DNA of 32,000 bases from an uncultured Verrucomicrobiota bacterium (GTDB taxonomy: Bacteria > Verrucomicrobiota > Kiritimatiellia > CAIVKH01): positions 92,226 through 124,225 of the forward strand of contig CALKUH010000038.1 in NCBI GenBank assembly GCA_937996795.1, written 5' to 3'. A program made the translations under genes and the position numbers. The notes beneath the pieces were generated by a model. That model made no database searches, was not told the DNA's origin, and saw only the letters and a program-made list of their open reading frames with translations. Position 1 is the stretch's first letter. Every line of letters begins with the position of its first letter. This document shows positions 17,124 to 25,133 of this stretch, one piece after another.

Positions 17124-18140
17124 CTAGCGGTGCAGATCGACCCAAATCGGGTAATGGTCCGAGATGTGGCCGTCCACGCCCGGCAGGGTGGTGGCGACTT
17201 TCGTGTGGACGCCCTGCTGGAGAACGCCGGCCTCTCCCACGCGCCACGGGGCGTTGGTGGCATCGCCGGCCGCAAAAATGCGGTCGAACGTGACCGGCGG
17301 GAATTCGCGATCCGGAATGCCGTAGCGGGTCGGCACGGTGATGCGATCCTGCAAGGGACGCCCGCGCCACAGGTCGCTCCAGCCACGCAGGGGGCTCAGC
17401 GAGGCATCGCCCTCAAACTCGCGCGCCTCCGGATCCACGTTCATGTCGCCGACCAATATTTTTTCCCACCGGACCGAGGCATCAGTCGCCAGCGCCTGCG
17501 CGTCGGACGCGACAATCCGCAGCGCGTGTTTGCGCTGGGCGATGTTGCGCGGGCGGTGCCCGTAGTTGGATTTCAAATGAACGCCGTAGACCACCAACCG
17601 GTGGTTGTCCCCAAGATCAAAGGTCGCACGCAAGCTTCCGCGCGTCGGCCGGCCGCGCCCCTGTAGCGGGCCGAAATCAAGCTCCAGCAAATCCACCGGC
17701 TTGAGCCGGGACAACAATCCAAAATTCAACTTGGGCCGATCCGTCGTGCCGTCGCCCAGCTTCGTCACCCAGCCGAACGGATACGGACGGGTCAACGCCT
17801 GGTTGAGCAACGCGAGCGCCGTTTCGTTCTCCAGTTCGGAAAGCACCAGGATGTCCGGCGCGATTTCCTCGATCAAGGCGGCGGCCCCGCGCGCCTGTTC
17901 CTCGGCAAGCGCACGTGTGCGCTCCGGGCCGTCGCCCTCCGCGTCGTTGAAATTTTCAATATTGTAGAAGGCCACCCGCACGCGGCCCCCCGGCGCGGAC
18001 GCCTTCGCCTCATCGCTCCACGCGACCGCGGGGATGTCGCGCTGCGCCTCGCCGGTGTAGGAAAAATCATTTTGTGCGACGCCCAGGGATTGGAGGGCCA
18101 GCACGATCAGGGCGGCGGCAAGGTGCATGCGAGGATTCAT
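17124..18140 (-). CDS. Secreted endonuclease/exonuclease/phosphatase (EEP) family protein
   Basis: Signal peptide MNPRMHLAAALIVLALQSLGVAQ, YNIENF near the N-terminus, VGDMN, and C-terminal SDHYPIWVDL. Start uncertain: 18128, 18140 and 18161 are all in-frame ATGs. Confidence 0.8.
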   Translation of the reverse strand: MNPRMHLAAALIVLALQSLGVAQNDFSYTGEAQRDIPAVAWSDEAKASAPGGRVRVAFYNIENFNDAEGDGPERTRALAEEQARGAAALIEEIAPDILVLSELENETALALLNQALTRPYPFGWVTKLGDGTTDRPKLNFGLLSRLKPVDLLELDFGPLQGRGRPTRGSLRATFDLGDNHRLVVYGVHLKSNYGHRPRNIAQRKHALRIVASDAQALATDASVRWEKILVGDMNVDPEAREFEGDASLSPLRGWSDLWRGRPLQDRITVPTRYGIPDREFPPVTFDRIFAAGDATNAPWRVGEAGVLQQGVHTKVATTLPGVDGHISDHYPIWVDLHR

Positions 18141-18210
18141 GGTGAAAGTCTGCCCGTTCATCCGCAGCGCGCAAGCGGCAAATCGCCGGAACCCGTGAGG
18201 ATTCCGTTCA

Positions 18211-19146
18211 TCACACGCGGGCATCCCGCGCCTTGCGCGGCACAAGTACGTTCAGCGCATGGCGGCGGACGGTGACGTCAACAGCCGCGGCGCTCTCCTG
18301 CAACTCGCCATCCACCTGGATCACCGCATCCTTCTCGCGCCGCACCTGCAGGCGCTGAAATCGGCGCGTGACGATTCCGGGCAACGAGTCGAGTGTGCCA
18401 TCAAACAAGCGCCCCACATTTGCCAGCGCGTGGCCGGCGTCCTGTTTTTCAATCACCACGAGTTCCAGGTATCCGTCGTCGTGCCGTGCCTTCGGCGCAA
18501 TGCGCGCGCCGCCGCCGAACTGGGTCAGATTCGCCACCGTGAACACCAGCGGTGACTGAAACGAGAGCGACTCCCGGCCATCCAGCTCAACGTGAAATCC
18601 CTGCGGTTGGTAGTCGAACAACTCGTACGCCGCGGCGAACACATAGGGAATGATCCCGCGAAACGGAAAAGCCTCGAACGTTTTAACCAGCGACGCATCG
18701 GCCGCCATGCTGCACGTCACAAAAAATGGCCGCCCATTCGCAACCCCGACATCAATCGGACACGTGTCCGCGTCCGCCAAGGCCTGCGCCGCCTCGTCCA
18801 CATCCAGCGGAATCCCGAAATGACGCGCGAAGCCGTTGCCGCTGCCCGTCGGAATCACACCCAGCGCCACGGGCGATCCCACCAACTCCGAACCGAGCGT
18901 GTTGATGATCCCATCCCCGCCCATCACGAGAATCGTGTCCACCCCCTCCTCCACCGCCCGGCGCACTTTGCACCGCCCATCCTCCACATCGTTGCTGAAT
19001 TGAAACGTAACCTCGCGGTCCGGTCGGTCCCAATGCCGGTTCACCGCATGCACCACGTCCTCCAACGCATGACTGCGCCCGCTGTGCGGATTCATCATCA
19101 CCCGGACCCGTCGAATGGAGGACGCTGCTCTCATCTGCCTGCTCAT
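18211..19146 (-). CDS. Diacylglycerol-kinase-like lipid kinase (YegS/BmrU family)
   Basis: VMMNPHSGR, GGDGIINT (GGDG motif) and IPTGSGNGFAR. Confidence 0.85.
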   Translation of the reverse strand: MSRQMRAASSIRRVRVMMNPHSGRSHALEDVVHAVNRHWDRPDREVTFQFSNDVEDGRCKVRRAVEEGVDTILVMGGDGIINTLGSELVGSPVALGVIPTGSGNGFARHFGIPLDVDEAAQALADADTCPIDVGVANGRPFFVTCSMAADASLVKTFEAFPFRGIIPYVFAAAYELFDYQPQGFHVELDGRESLSFQSPLVFTVANLTQFGGGARIAPKARHDDGYLELVVIEKQDAGHALANVGRLFDGTLDSLPGIVTRRFQRLQVRREKDAVIQVDGELQESAAAVDVTVRRHALNVLVPRKARDARV

Positions 19147-19319
19147 TTATACCAACTTCCCAAACCCTTTCCAGCCTCACCTTCGGAACGCCAAAAGAGA
19201 CACAATGTCGCGCACGACTCGCAGGATCGATGTTTATGAGACAATTATTCTCTTAACGATAGGCAATATTACGATCACAACTTGTTTATTATAAGCGCTT
19301 TGCACAGATATGAATCAAT

Positions 19320-19336
19320 CTGGCATGCTGGATGCT
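19320..19336 (+). promoter_or_regulatory. Candidate sigma-54 (-24/-12) promoter upstream of the hsp20 cluster
   Basis: CTGGCATGCTGGATGCT. GG at 19322-19323 and GC at 19334-19335 are separated by exactly 10 nt, as in TGGCAC-N5-TTGC. It lies ~40 nt upstream of the ATG at 19375. Confidence 0.35.
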
Positions 19337-19374
19337 ACATTATCATGCGGAAGGAACAGAAAAGGAGAATAGCC

Positions 19375-19812
19375 ATGATCTATCCGATAACACGATTCGA
19401 CTGGACGTTGGATCCGTTCAGGGAACTGCACCGGCTGCATCGGGATATGAACCGCCTCTTTGCGGACTACCGTGCGCCCGCCGCGGAGTTCCCTGCGCTG
19501 AACCTCTGGTCGTCCGCGGACGAAGTGGTCCTCACGGCGGAGATTCCCGGCGTGGACCCGAAGGATGTGGACGTCTCAGTCGTCGGCAATATCGTCACAC
19601 TCACAGGGGAGCGCAAGGAAGATGCCTCCGTGCCCGCGGAAAACTACCATCGCCGCGAACGCGGCGCGGGCAAGTTCACGCGGTCGGTCCGTCTCCCGTT
19701 TGAGGTGGAGACCGACAAGGTGCAGGCCCGCTATGAACACGGGCTCCTGCGCGTCACCCTGCCCCGCAAGGAAAGCACCAAGCCGCGCCGGATCGCCATC
19801 CACGCGGAGTAA
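19375..19812 (+). CDS. Hsp20/alpha-crystallin small heat-shock protein (1 of 3)
   Basis: AAGGAGA Shine-Dalgarno. Alpha-crystallin domain ...VVLTAEIPGVDPKDVDVSV...GLLRVTLPRK. Confidence 0.9.
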   Translation: MIYPITRFDWTLDPFRELHRLHRDMNRLFADYRAPAAEFPALNLWSSADEVVLTAEIPGVDPKDVDVSVVGNIVTLTGERKEDASVPAENYHRRERGAGKFTRSVRLPFEVETDKVQARYEHGLLRVTLPRKESTKPRRIAIHAE

Positions 19813-19824
19813 AGGAGACCACCC

Positions 19825-20214
19825 ATGACAACAACAGCCACAGAAGTGCAGGCCCGGCAGCACGAGCAGACGCGCGACCTGCCGGTTGTGAACCCGGCGA
19901 CGGACATCCACGAACTGGAGAACCAAATCGTGGTCGTGGCCGACCTCCCGGGCGTGCGCCAGGACCAGGTGGAGATCACGCTCGAGAACCGCGTGCTCAC
20001 CATCCGCGCGCGCAGCGCCATGGAGGAGCCGCCGGCGCATGAATGCGTGTACCGCGAATTCGGCCCGGCCGAATTCCAGCGCTCGTTCACGCTCACGGAG
20101 GAAATCAACCGGGATGCCATCACGGCCCGGATGAAAAACGGTGTGCTTCGCCTCGTACTGCCCAAGGCCGCGGAGGCGCAACCGCGCCGGATCGCCGTGC
20201 AGGCGGAGGGATAA
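19825..20214 (+). CDS. Hsp20/alpha-crystallin small heat-shock protein (2 of 3, short N-terminal arm)
   Basis: IVVVADLPGVRQDQVEITLENRVLTIRA...GVLRLVLPKA. Confidence 0.85.
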   Translation: MTTTATEVQARQHEQTRDLPVVNPATDIHELENQIVVVADLPGVRQDQVEITLENRVLTIRARSAMEEPPAHECVYREFGPAEFQRSFTLTEEINRDAITARMKNGVLRLVLPKAAEAQPRRIAVQAEG

Positions 20215-20249
20215 CCTTTGTGCCTTTGATTGAAAGGAGGTGACGGAAG

Positions 20250-20765
20250 ATGAAGAAGAGCCTGATCCCGTGGCGTCGGGATTCGGCGGAGACCGCGGTG
20301 GCGCGGCGGGAGGAGAATCCTTTCGCCGATTTCCATCGCCAGATGAACCGGCTGTTTGAGGACTTCTTCTCTGATTTCGAGGGGCGGTCCACCAGCCTCA
20401 TGTTCCCCTCTTCCTTCGGGCGCTTCGACGGATCCACGCCCCGCGTGGATGTCGCGGAGACCGAAAAGGAAGTGACGGTCAGCGCCGATCTTCCTGGCCT
20501 TGATGAGAAGGACGTCCAGGTCACCCTCGACGAGGATGTCCTCACCATCCGCGGCTCCCGCAAGGATGAGCGGGAGGAGAAGAAGCGGAATTACCACCTC
20601 GTGGAACGCAGCTACGGCGAGTTCCACCGGTCCATTCCGCTACCCGGCGGGCTCGACACGGAACATGTGAAGGCCGCCTTCAAGAAGGGCGTCCTGATCG
20701 TGACACTGCCGAAACTGCCGGAAGCGCAATCGAAGAAGAAAACGATTGCGATCGAGACCGAGTAA
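20250..20765 (+). CDS. Hsp20/alpha-crystallin small heat-shock protein (3 of 3)
   Basis: VTVSADLPGLDEKDVQVTLDEDVLTIRG...GVLIVTLPKL. AAGGAGG Shine-Dalgarno upstream. Confidence 0.9.
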   Translation: MKKSLIPWRRDSAETAVARREENPFADFHRQMNRLFEDFFSDFEGRSTSLMFPSSFGRFDGSTPRVDVAETEKEVTVSADLPGLDEKDVQVTLDEDVLTIRGSRKDEREEKKRNYHLVERSYGEFHRSIPLPGGLDTEHVKAAFKKGVLIVTLPKLPEAQSKKKTIAIETE

Positions 20766-20772
20766 AATACAG

Positions 20773-20796
20773 AAGGCGCGGCATCCGCCGCGCCTT
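20773..20796 (+). terminator. Rho-independent-type terminator after the hsp20 cluster
   Basis: AAGGCGCGGC (20773-20782) pairs with GCCGCGCCTT (20787-20796) across the loop ATCC, followed by a T-containing tail (CAATGTTT). Confidence 0.65.
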
Positions 20797-20803
20797 CAAT
20801 GTT

Positions 20804-20866
20804 TAACCACGAAACACACGTAACACACGAAAGTCGGTTTCGTGTTTTTCGCGAATTTCGTGGTTA
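20804..20866. repeat. Head-to-head pair of the 29-nt TAACCACGAAA...CACACGAAA unit (cargo-less copy)
   Basis: The left arm 20804-20832 and the reverse complement of 20838-20866 match at 24/29 positions, with a 5-nt spacer. They match the arms at 25134-25162 and 25550-25578 at 25-27/29. The last 3 nt form the alaS stop codon. Confidence 0.8.
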
Positions 20867-23821
20867 TCCCGCCAATAGTTTCACCGCCGCGGCGAGGGCT
20901 TCGTCCACCTTCGACGCATCCTTGCCGCCGCCGCGGGCGAACTCGGGTTTGCCGCCGCCTTTGCCGCCGACGATCGGCGCGATGGCCTGGATGATCTTGC
21001 CCGCCTGCACCTGCTTGGTGAACTCGGGCGCGACCGAGGCGAGGAGCGTCACGCTGCCGCCCGACGCGCCGCCGAGCACGATCACACCGCTGAACCGCGC
21101 CTTCAGATGCTCGGCCACCGCGGCCACCGTGTCGCCGTCCGCATCGCCAAGATTGGCCACGATCGTTTGCCGTCCGCCGCGCGCCTGCGCCTGCGACACG
21201 AGCGCCGCCGCGCGTTCACCGGCCTGCTTCAATTGCACGGCCTTGAGCTGCTTCTCCAACTCTTTCTGGTGTGCGAGCAACGATTCGATGCGCTTGTCCA
21301 GTTCCGTCGGCGCGCAGTTCAGCGTCGCCGCCACGTGCTTCAGGCGCTGGATATCCTCCACCACCGTCTGCCAGCCCGCGAGCCCGGCCACCGCCTCGAT
21401 GCGGCGGATGCCCGCCGCGATCGCGCCCTCGCCCGTAATGCGGAACAGGCCGATCTCGCCCGTCGCGCGGGTGTGCGTGCCGCCGCACAATTCCATCGAG
21501 TACCCATCCAACGCGCCCGACGCGCCGCCGATCTGCACGACGCGCACAGTCTCGCCGTACTTGTCGCCGAAGAACTGCATCACATCCTTGCGCGACTTCA
21601 CGTCAGCGTACGGCACTTCGCGCCAGCTCACGCCGGCGTTCTCTACAATGCGCTCGTTGACGAGGCGCTCGATGTCCGCGACTTGCGCCGGCGTCAGCGC
21701 GGCGCTGTTGAAGTCGAAGGTCAGTTTGTCCGGGCCGACCGACGACCCCTTCTGGCTCGCCTCGCGGTTCACCACCTCGTGCAGCGCCCAGTGCAGCAAA
21801 TGCGTAACCGTGTGGTGCCGCTGGATCGCCGCCCGCCGCGCGGCATCCACCGCCAGCACAACTTCCGCCCCCTTCTCCGGCGCGTCCGCGCCATCGACGA
21901 AATGCAGCCACGCCGCGCCCGCCTTCTGCGTGTCCACCACGCGCCACAACTGGCCGCCGAGGCGAATCTGCCCCGTGTCGCCGACCTGGCCGCCCATCTC
22001 CGCATAACAGGACGAGCGATCCAACACGACCGCAGTGCGCCCCTTCACGTCGAGCACTTCCGCCACCTTCGCCGTCGTCTCCAGTTGATCGAACCCGACG
22101 AACGCCGTCGCGACATCGCTCGCAAGCTGCGACACCTCGATCACCGTCTTCTTCTGCGCCGCCCGCGCCCGCGCGCGCTGCTTCTCCATCTCGTTTTCAA
22201 ATTCACTTTCGAAGGCAGCTATATCAACCGTGAAACCACGTTCTCTCGCCATCAGCTGTGTCAGATCAAGGGGGAAGCCATACGTATCAGAGAGGACAAA
22301 CGCGAATCGACCAGGAAACGACAGGAGCTTTCGCTTTAGCGCGCCGATAGCAGACATTTCACCACTCAAGCAAATCGCGAGAAACCGCTCGGCCAGATTG
22401 TCTGCGTTATCATTTAGTTGCTCAATTTCCAGCGCAGTGCATCCGACCGCATATGCACTTGCAAGGCGCTTCATGGGATTCGCACGAAAGTCACCTGAGA
22501 GGCGCGTAATTTCATCAAGCATAACAGGAATCCTGCGATTCGGGTTCGCGAGTATATTTATCAGATGCAGTGCATCTTTACTCCCTTGTGTGTATTCATC
22601 GACAAGGATTAAGCCTCGGCCCAGTGTTCGATTAAATGTTTCTTCTTCTCCTCTGGTTGACTCTTCGATTCGCTTCTGTTTTTCCCCAATTTCAGGAAAT
22701 ACATTACTCATCGTCTCGGCCAAAACGCCGACAAGACGATAAAGAAATGGCTCACGGAAGCCGAGCACATGGCCATAGCGAGCAGCTCGCCGCAAGACGC
22801 GGCGAATCACCATATTTCTTTCTTTATTGCCAGGCTCGATTCCGTCTGCGATAGCAAACCCTATAGTGCGGATGTGGTCGGCGATGACGCGGAACGCGAC
22901 GTCGATCTTCTCCTGCTCGTTCGCGCCGGTCGTGCCCGCCGCGGGCAGCGTGGATGCGTAGCGTTTCCCGCTCAGCCGCTCCAGCGCGTCGAAGATCGGG
23001 CGGAACACGTCGGTCTCGTAGTTCGACACCGCGCGGCTGAAATCCGTGAAGCCCTTGGTGCACTGCATGATGCCGGTGACGCGCTCAAAGCCCATGCCGG
23101 TGTCGACGTGCTGCGCGGGCAGCGGGACAAACGAGCCATCCGCGTTCGCGTTGAACTGGATGAAGACGAGGTTCCAGATTTCGATGCACTCGGCGGACCC
23201 CTTGTTGACGAGCGACCCGCGCGTATCGCCGCCGGGCGTGAGGTCCACGTGGATCTCCGAGCACGGCCCGCACGGCCCCGTCTCGCCCATCATCCAGAAG
23301 TTGTCCTTCTTGTTGCCGTTGACGATGTGGACCTTCGGGTCGAGCCCCGCCGCGGTGAAGATGCGCGCCCAGTGGTCGTACGCCTCCTGGTCGAACTCCG
23401 CCGGGTCGCCCTTCGCCTTGTCCGGGCTGTAGACCGTCGCGAACAGCCGCGCGGGCGGGAATTTCCACACCTTCGTCAGCAGCTCCCACGCCCACTCGAT
23501 CGCATCCTTCTTGAAGTAGTCGCCGAACGACCAGTTGCCGAGCATCTCAAAGAACGTGTGGTGATAGGTGTCGAGCCCGACGTCCTCGAGGTCGTTGTGC
23601 TTGCCGCCCGCGCGGATGCACTTCTGCGTGTCCGCCGCGCGCCCCGGCTGGTACGGGCACGGCTGCTGCCCCAAGAAAATCGGCACGAACTGGTTCATGC
23701 CCGCGTTGGTGAACAGCAGGTTCGGCGAATCAGGCATCAGGCTCGACGACGGCACGATGGTGTGCTGCTTCGAGCGGAAAAAATCGAGGTACGACTGGCG
23801 AATCTGCGCGGAGGTCATCAT
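20864..23821 (-). CDS. alaS: Alanine--tRNA ligase, with an in-frame ~85-aa insertion and a low-GC internal patch
   Basis: MMTSAQIRQSYLDFF N-terminus (ATG at 23821; the ORF track starts at an upstream TTG at 23860). HHTFFEMLGNWSFGDYFK, DTYGFPLDL, editing-domain HTVTHLLH, and a C-Ala domain. 985 aa from the ATG at 23821, longer than I would expect for this family. Confidence 0.93.
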   Translation of the reverse strand: MMTSAQIRQSYLDFFRSKQHTIVPSSSLMPDSPNLLFTNAGMNQFVPIFLGQQPCPYQPGRAADTQKCIRAGGKHNDLEDVGLDTYHHTFFEMLGNWSFGDYFKKDAIEWAWELLTKVWKFPPARLFATVYSPDKAKGDPAEFDQEAYDHWARIFTAAGLDPKVHIVNGNKKDNFWMMGETGPCGPCSEIHVDLTPGGDTRGSLVNKGSAECIEIWNLVFIQFNANADGSFVPLPAQHVDTGMGFERVTGIMQCTKGFTDFSRAVSNYETDVFRPIFDALERLSGKRYASTLPAAGTTGANEQEKIDVAFRVIADHIRTIGFAIADGIEPGNKERNMVIRRVLRRAARYGHVLGFREPFLYRLVGVLAETMSNVFPEIGEKQKRIEESTRGEEETFNRTLGRGLILVDEYTQGSKDALHLINILANPNRRIPVMLDEITRLSGDFRANPMKRLASAYAVGCTALEIEQLNDNADNLAERFLAICLSGEMSAIGALKRKLLSFPGRFAFVLSDTYGFPLDLTQLMARERGFTVDIAAFESEFENEMEKQRARARAAQKKTVIEVSQLASDVATAFVGFDQLETTAKVAEVLDVKGRTAVVLDRSSCYAEMGGQVGDTGQIRLGGQLWRVVDTQKAGAAWLHFVDGADAPEKGAEVVLAVDAARRAAIQRHHTVTHLLHWALHEVVNREASQKGSSVGPDKLTFDFNSAALTPAQVADIERLVNERIVENAGVSWREVPYADVKSRKDVMQFFGDKYGETVRVVQIGGASGALDGYSMELCGGTHTRATGEIGLFRITGEGAIAAGIRRIEAVAGLAGWQTVVEDIQRLKHVAATLNCAPTELDKRIESLLAHQKELEKQLKAVQLKQAGERAAALVSQAQARGGRQTIVANLGDADGDTVAAVAEHLKARFSGVIVLGGASGGSVTLLASVAPEFTKQVQAGKIIQAIAPIVGGKGGGKPEFARGGGKDASKVDEALAAAVKLLAG

Positions 23822-23900
23822 GGGCGTTTCCTTGGAAAAACAGCCCGAAACCATAGGCAAAGCCCCCGCGCAACGCCAGCCCGGACTTTGCCCCGGTGGA

Positions 23901-23966
23901 TTTTTGCAGCGTCTGTAACTTACAGACGTTGCAAGCGGTTACAGACAGTTTTTACAGACGTTGGAA
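23901..23966 (-). promoter_or_regulatory. Conserved upstream module with TT(C/G)CAACGTCTGTAA repeats (copy 2, alaS/proB divergent region)
   Basis: The reverse complement aligns along ~65 nt with 4659-4723. It has four motif copies: 23904-23918 (+), and 23920-23934, 23939-23948 (degenerate) and 23952-23966 (all three reversed). Confidence 0.4.
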
Positions 23967-23989
23967 CTTTCTGCTACACTCGTGCGTTT

Positions 23990-25132
23990 ATGAATGAGGC
24001 ACTTTCCATTCGCGCGGGGCTGGCGAAGGCGCGCCGGATCGTCGTCAAGATCGGCAGCCGCGTGCTGGTGCAGAAAACGGGGCGGCCGGACCGGCGGCGC
24101 ATGCGCGAGCTGGTGCGCCAGGTCGCGGCGCTGCACGAGGCGGGCCGCGAGGTCATCGTCGTTTCGTCGGGCGCGATCGGAAGCGGCATCGAGGCGATGG
24201 GCTGGCGCAAGCGGCCCACGACGCTGAAGCTGCTGCAGATGGCGGCGGCGGTCGGGCAGTCGCGCCTGATGGCGGCGTACGACGAGTTGTTCGGCGCGCA
24301 CGGCATCCGCATCGGCCAGATCCTGCTCACGCATGAGGACCTGCGGCACCGCACGCGCCACCTGAACGCGCAGGAGACGATGGCGACGCTGCTCGCGCAC
24401 CGCGTGGTGCCGATCGTGAACGAGAACGACGTGGTCGCGATTGATGAAATTAAGTTCGGCGACAACGACCTGCTCGCGGCGCTGACGGCGCTGCTGGTGC
24501 AGGCGGACGCGCTGGTGCTGCTGACGACGGTGGACGGCTTCCGCGCGCCTGCCGGCGCCGGGCGTACGCGCCGCGTGCCCGCGCTCGCGGGGGTCAGCGA
24601 GAAGGAGCTGTCGATGGCGCTCGGCAAGGGCAGCGAGCTGAGCACCGGCGGCATGGCGAGCAAGCTGCAATCGGCGGGCATGGTCGCCGAGAACGGCATT
24701 CCCGTCGTCATCGCGAACGGGCGCAAGGACGGCATCCTCGACGAGGCGCTCGCGGGCGCGGATGTCGGGACGCTGATCCAGCCCGCGTCGGGGGCGGATG
24801 CGCTGTCGCGGCGCGAGCGGTGGATTACGATTTTTCATCGCGCCGAGGGTGCGCTGGTCATTGACGACGGCGCGCGCGCGGCGCTGGTGGACAAGGGCCG
24901 CAGCCTGCTGCCCGTCGGCATCCGCTCGGTCGAGGGCGACTTCGACGCCGGCGCCGTGGTCAGCATCAAGGCGCTCGACGGCACCCTGCTCGGCCGCGGG
25001 TTGAGCGACCACTCCAGCACCGAAATCAACCTCATGAAAGGAAAACACTCCACCGAACTCGAATCGCTCCTCGGGACGTCCGACTCACCCGTCGTGGTGC
25101 ATCGGGATAATTTGGTGTTTCGGAAGAGGTGA
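23990..25132 (+). CDS. proB: Glutamate 5-kinase (with C-terminal PUA domain)
   Basis: Start at the ATG at 23990 (MNEALSIRAGLAKARRIVVKIGSRVL). SSGAIGSG and NENDVV motifs. The 407 codons upstream in the same ORF are antisense to alaS and are not part of the gene. Confidence 0.93.
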   Translation: MNEALSIRAGLAKARRIVVKIGSRVLVQKTGRPDRRRMRELVRQVAALHEAGREVIVVSSGAIGSGIEAMGWRKRPTTLKLLQMAAAVGQSRLMAAYDELFGAHGIRIGQILLTHEDLRHRTRHLNAQETMATLLAHRVVPIVNENDVVAIDEIKFGDNDLLAALTALLVQADALVLLTTVDGFRAPAGAGRTRRVPALAGVSEKELSMALGKGSELSTGGMASKLQSAGMVAENGIPVVIANGRKDGILDEALAGADVGTLIQPASGADALSRRERWITIFHRAEGALVIDDGARAALVDKGRSLLPVGIRSVEGDFDAGAVVSIKALDGTLLGRGLSDHSSTEINLMKGKHSTELESLLGTSDSPVVVHRDNLVFRKR

Positions 25133-25133
25133 G

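Noticed and set aside
19147-19374. CIRCE (TTAGCACTC-N9-GAGTGCTAA) or sigma-32 promoter upstream of hsp20
   Set aside because: Reading the gap on both strands, I could not find either consensus.
22290-22560. The alaS insertion as an intein or intron
   Set aside because: It is only about 85 aa. It has no Cys/Ser/Thr at an N-extein junction, no His-Asn plus nucleophile at a C-junction, and no endonuclease motifs. It is translated in frame without stops, so it is better described as an inserted helical segment.
22230-22742. 170-aa plus-strand ORF inside the low-GC alaS patch, as a possible inserted gene
   Set aside because: The alaS frame on the opposite strand is uninterrupted and encodes conserved AlaS motifs across the same interval. 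The plus-strand translation is Ser/Arg-rich with no recognisable domain.
23822-23860. TTG start at 23860 for alaS
   Set aside because: AlaS proteins normally begin close to the M(M)TSAQIRQ.YLDFF segment. The 13 extra residues have no support. It is left as a possibility only.
22769-23989. N-terminal 407 codons of the 787-aa plus-strand ORF that ends as proB
   Set aside because: This part is antisense to alaS and Arg-rich. A canonical ProB N-terminus starts at the ATG at 23990, downstream of the intergenic motif cluster.
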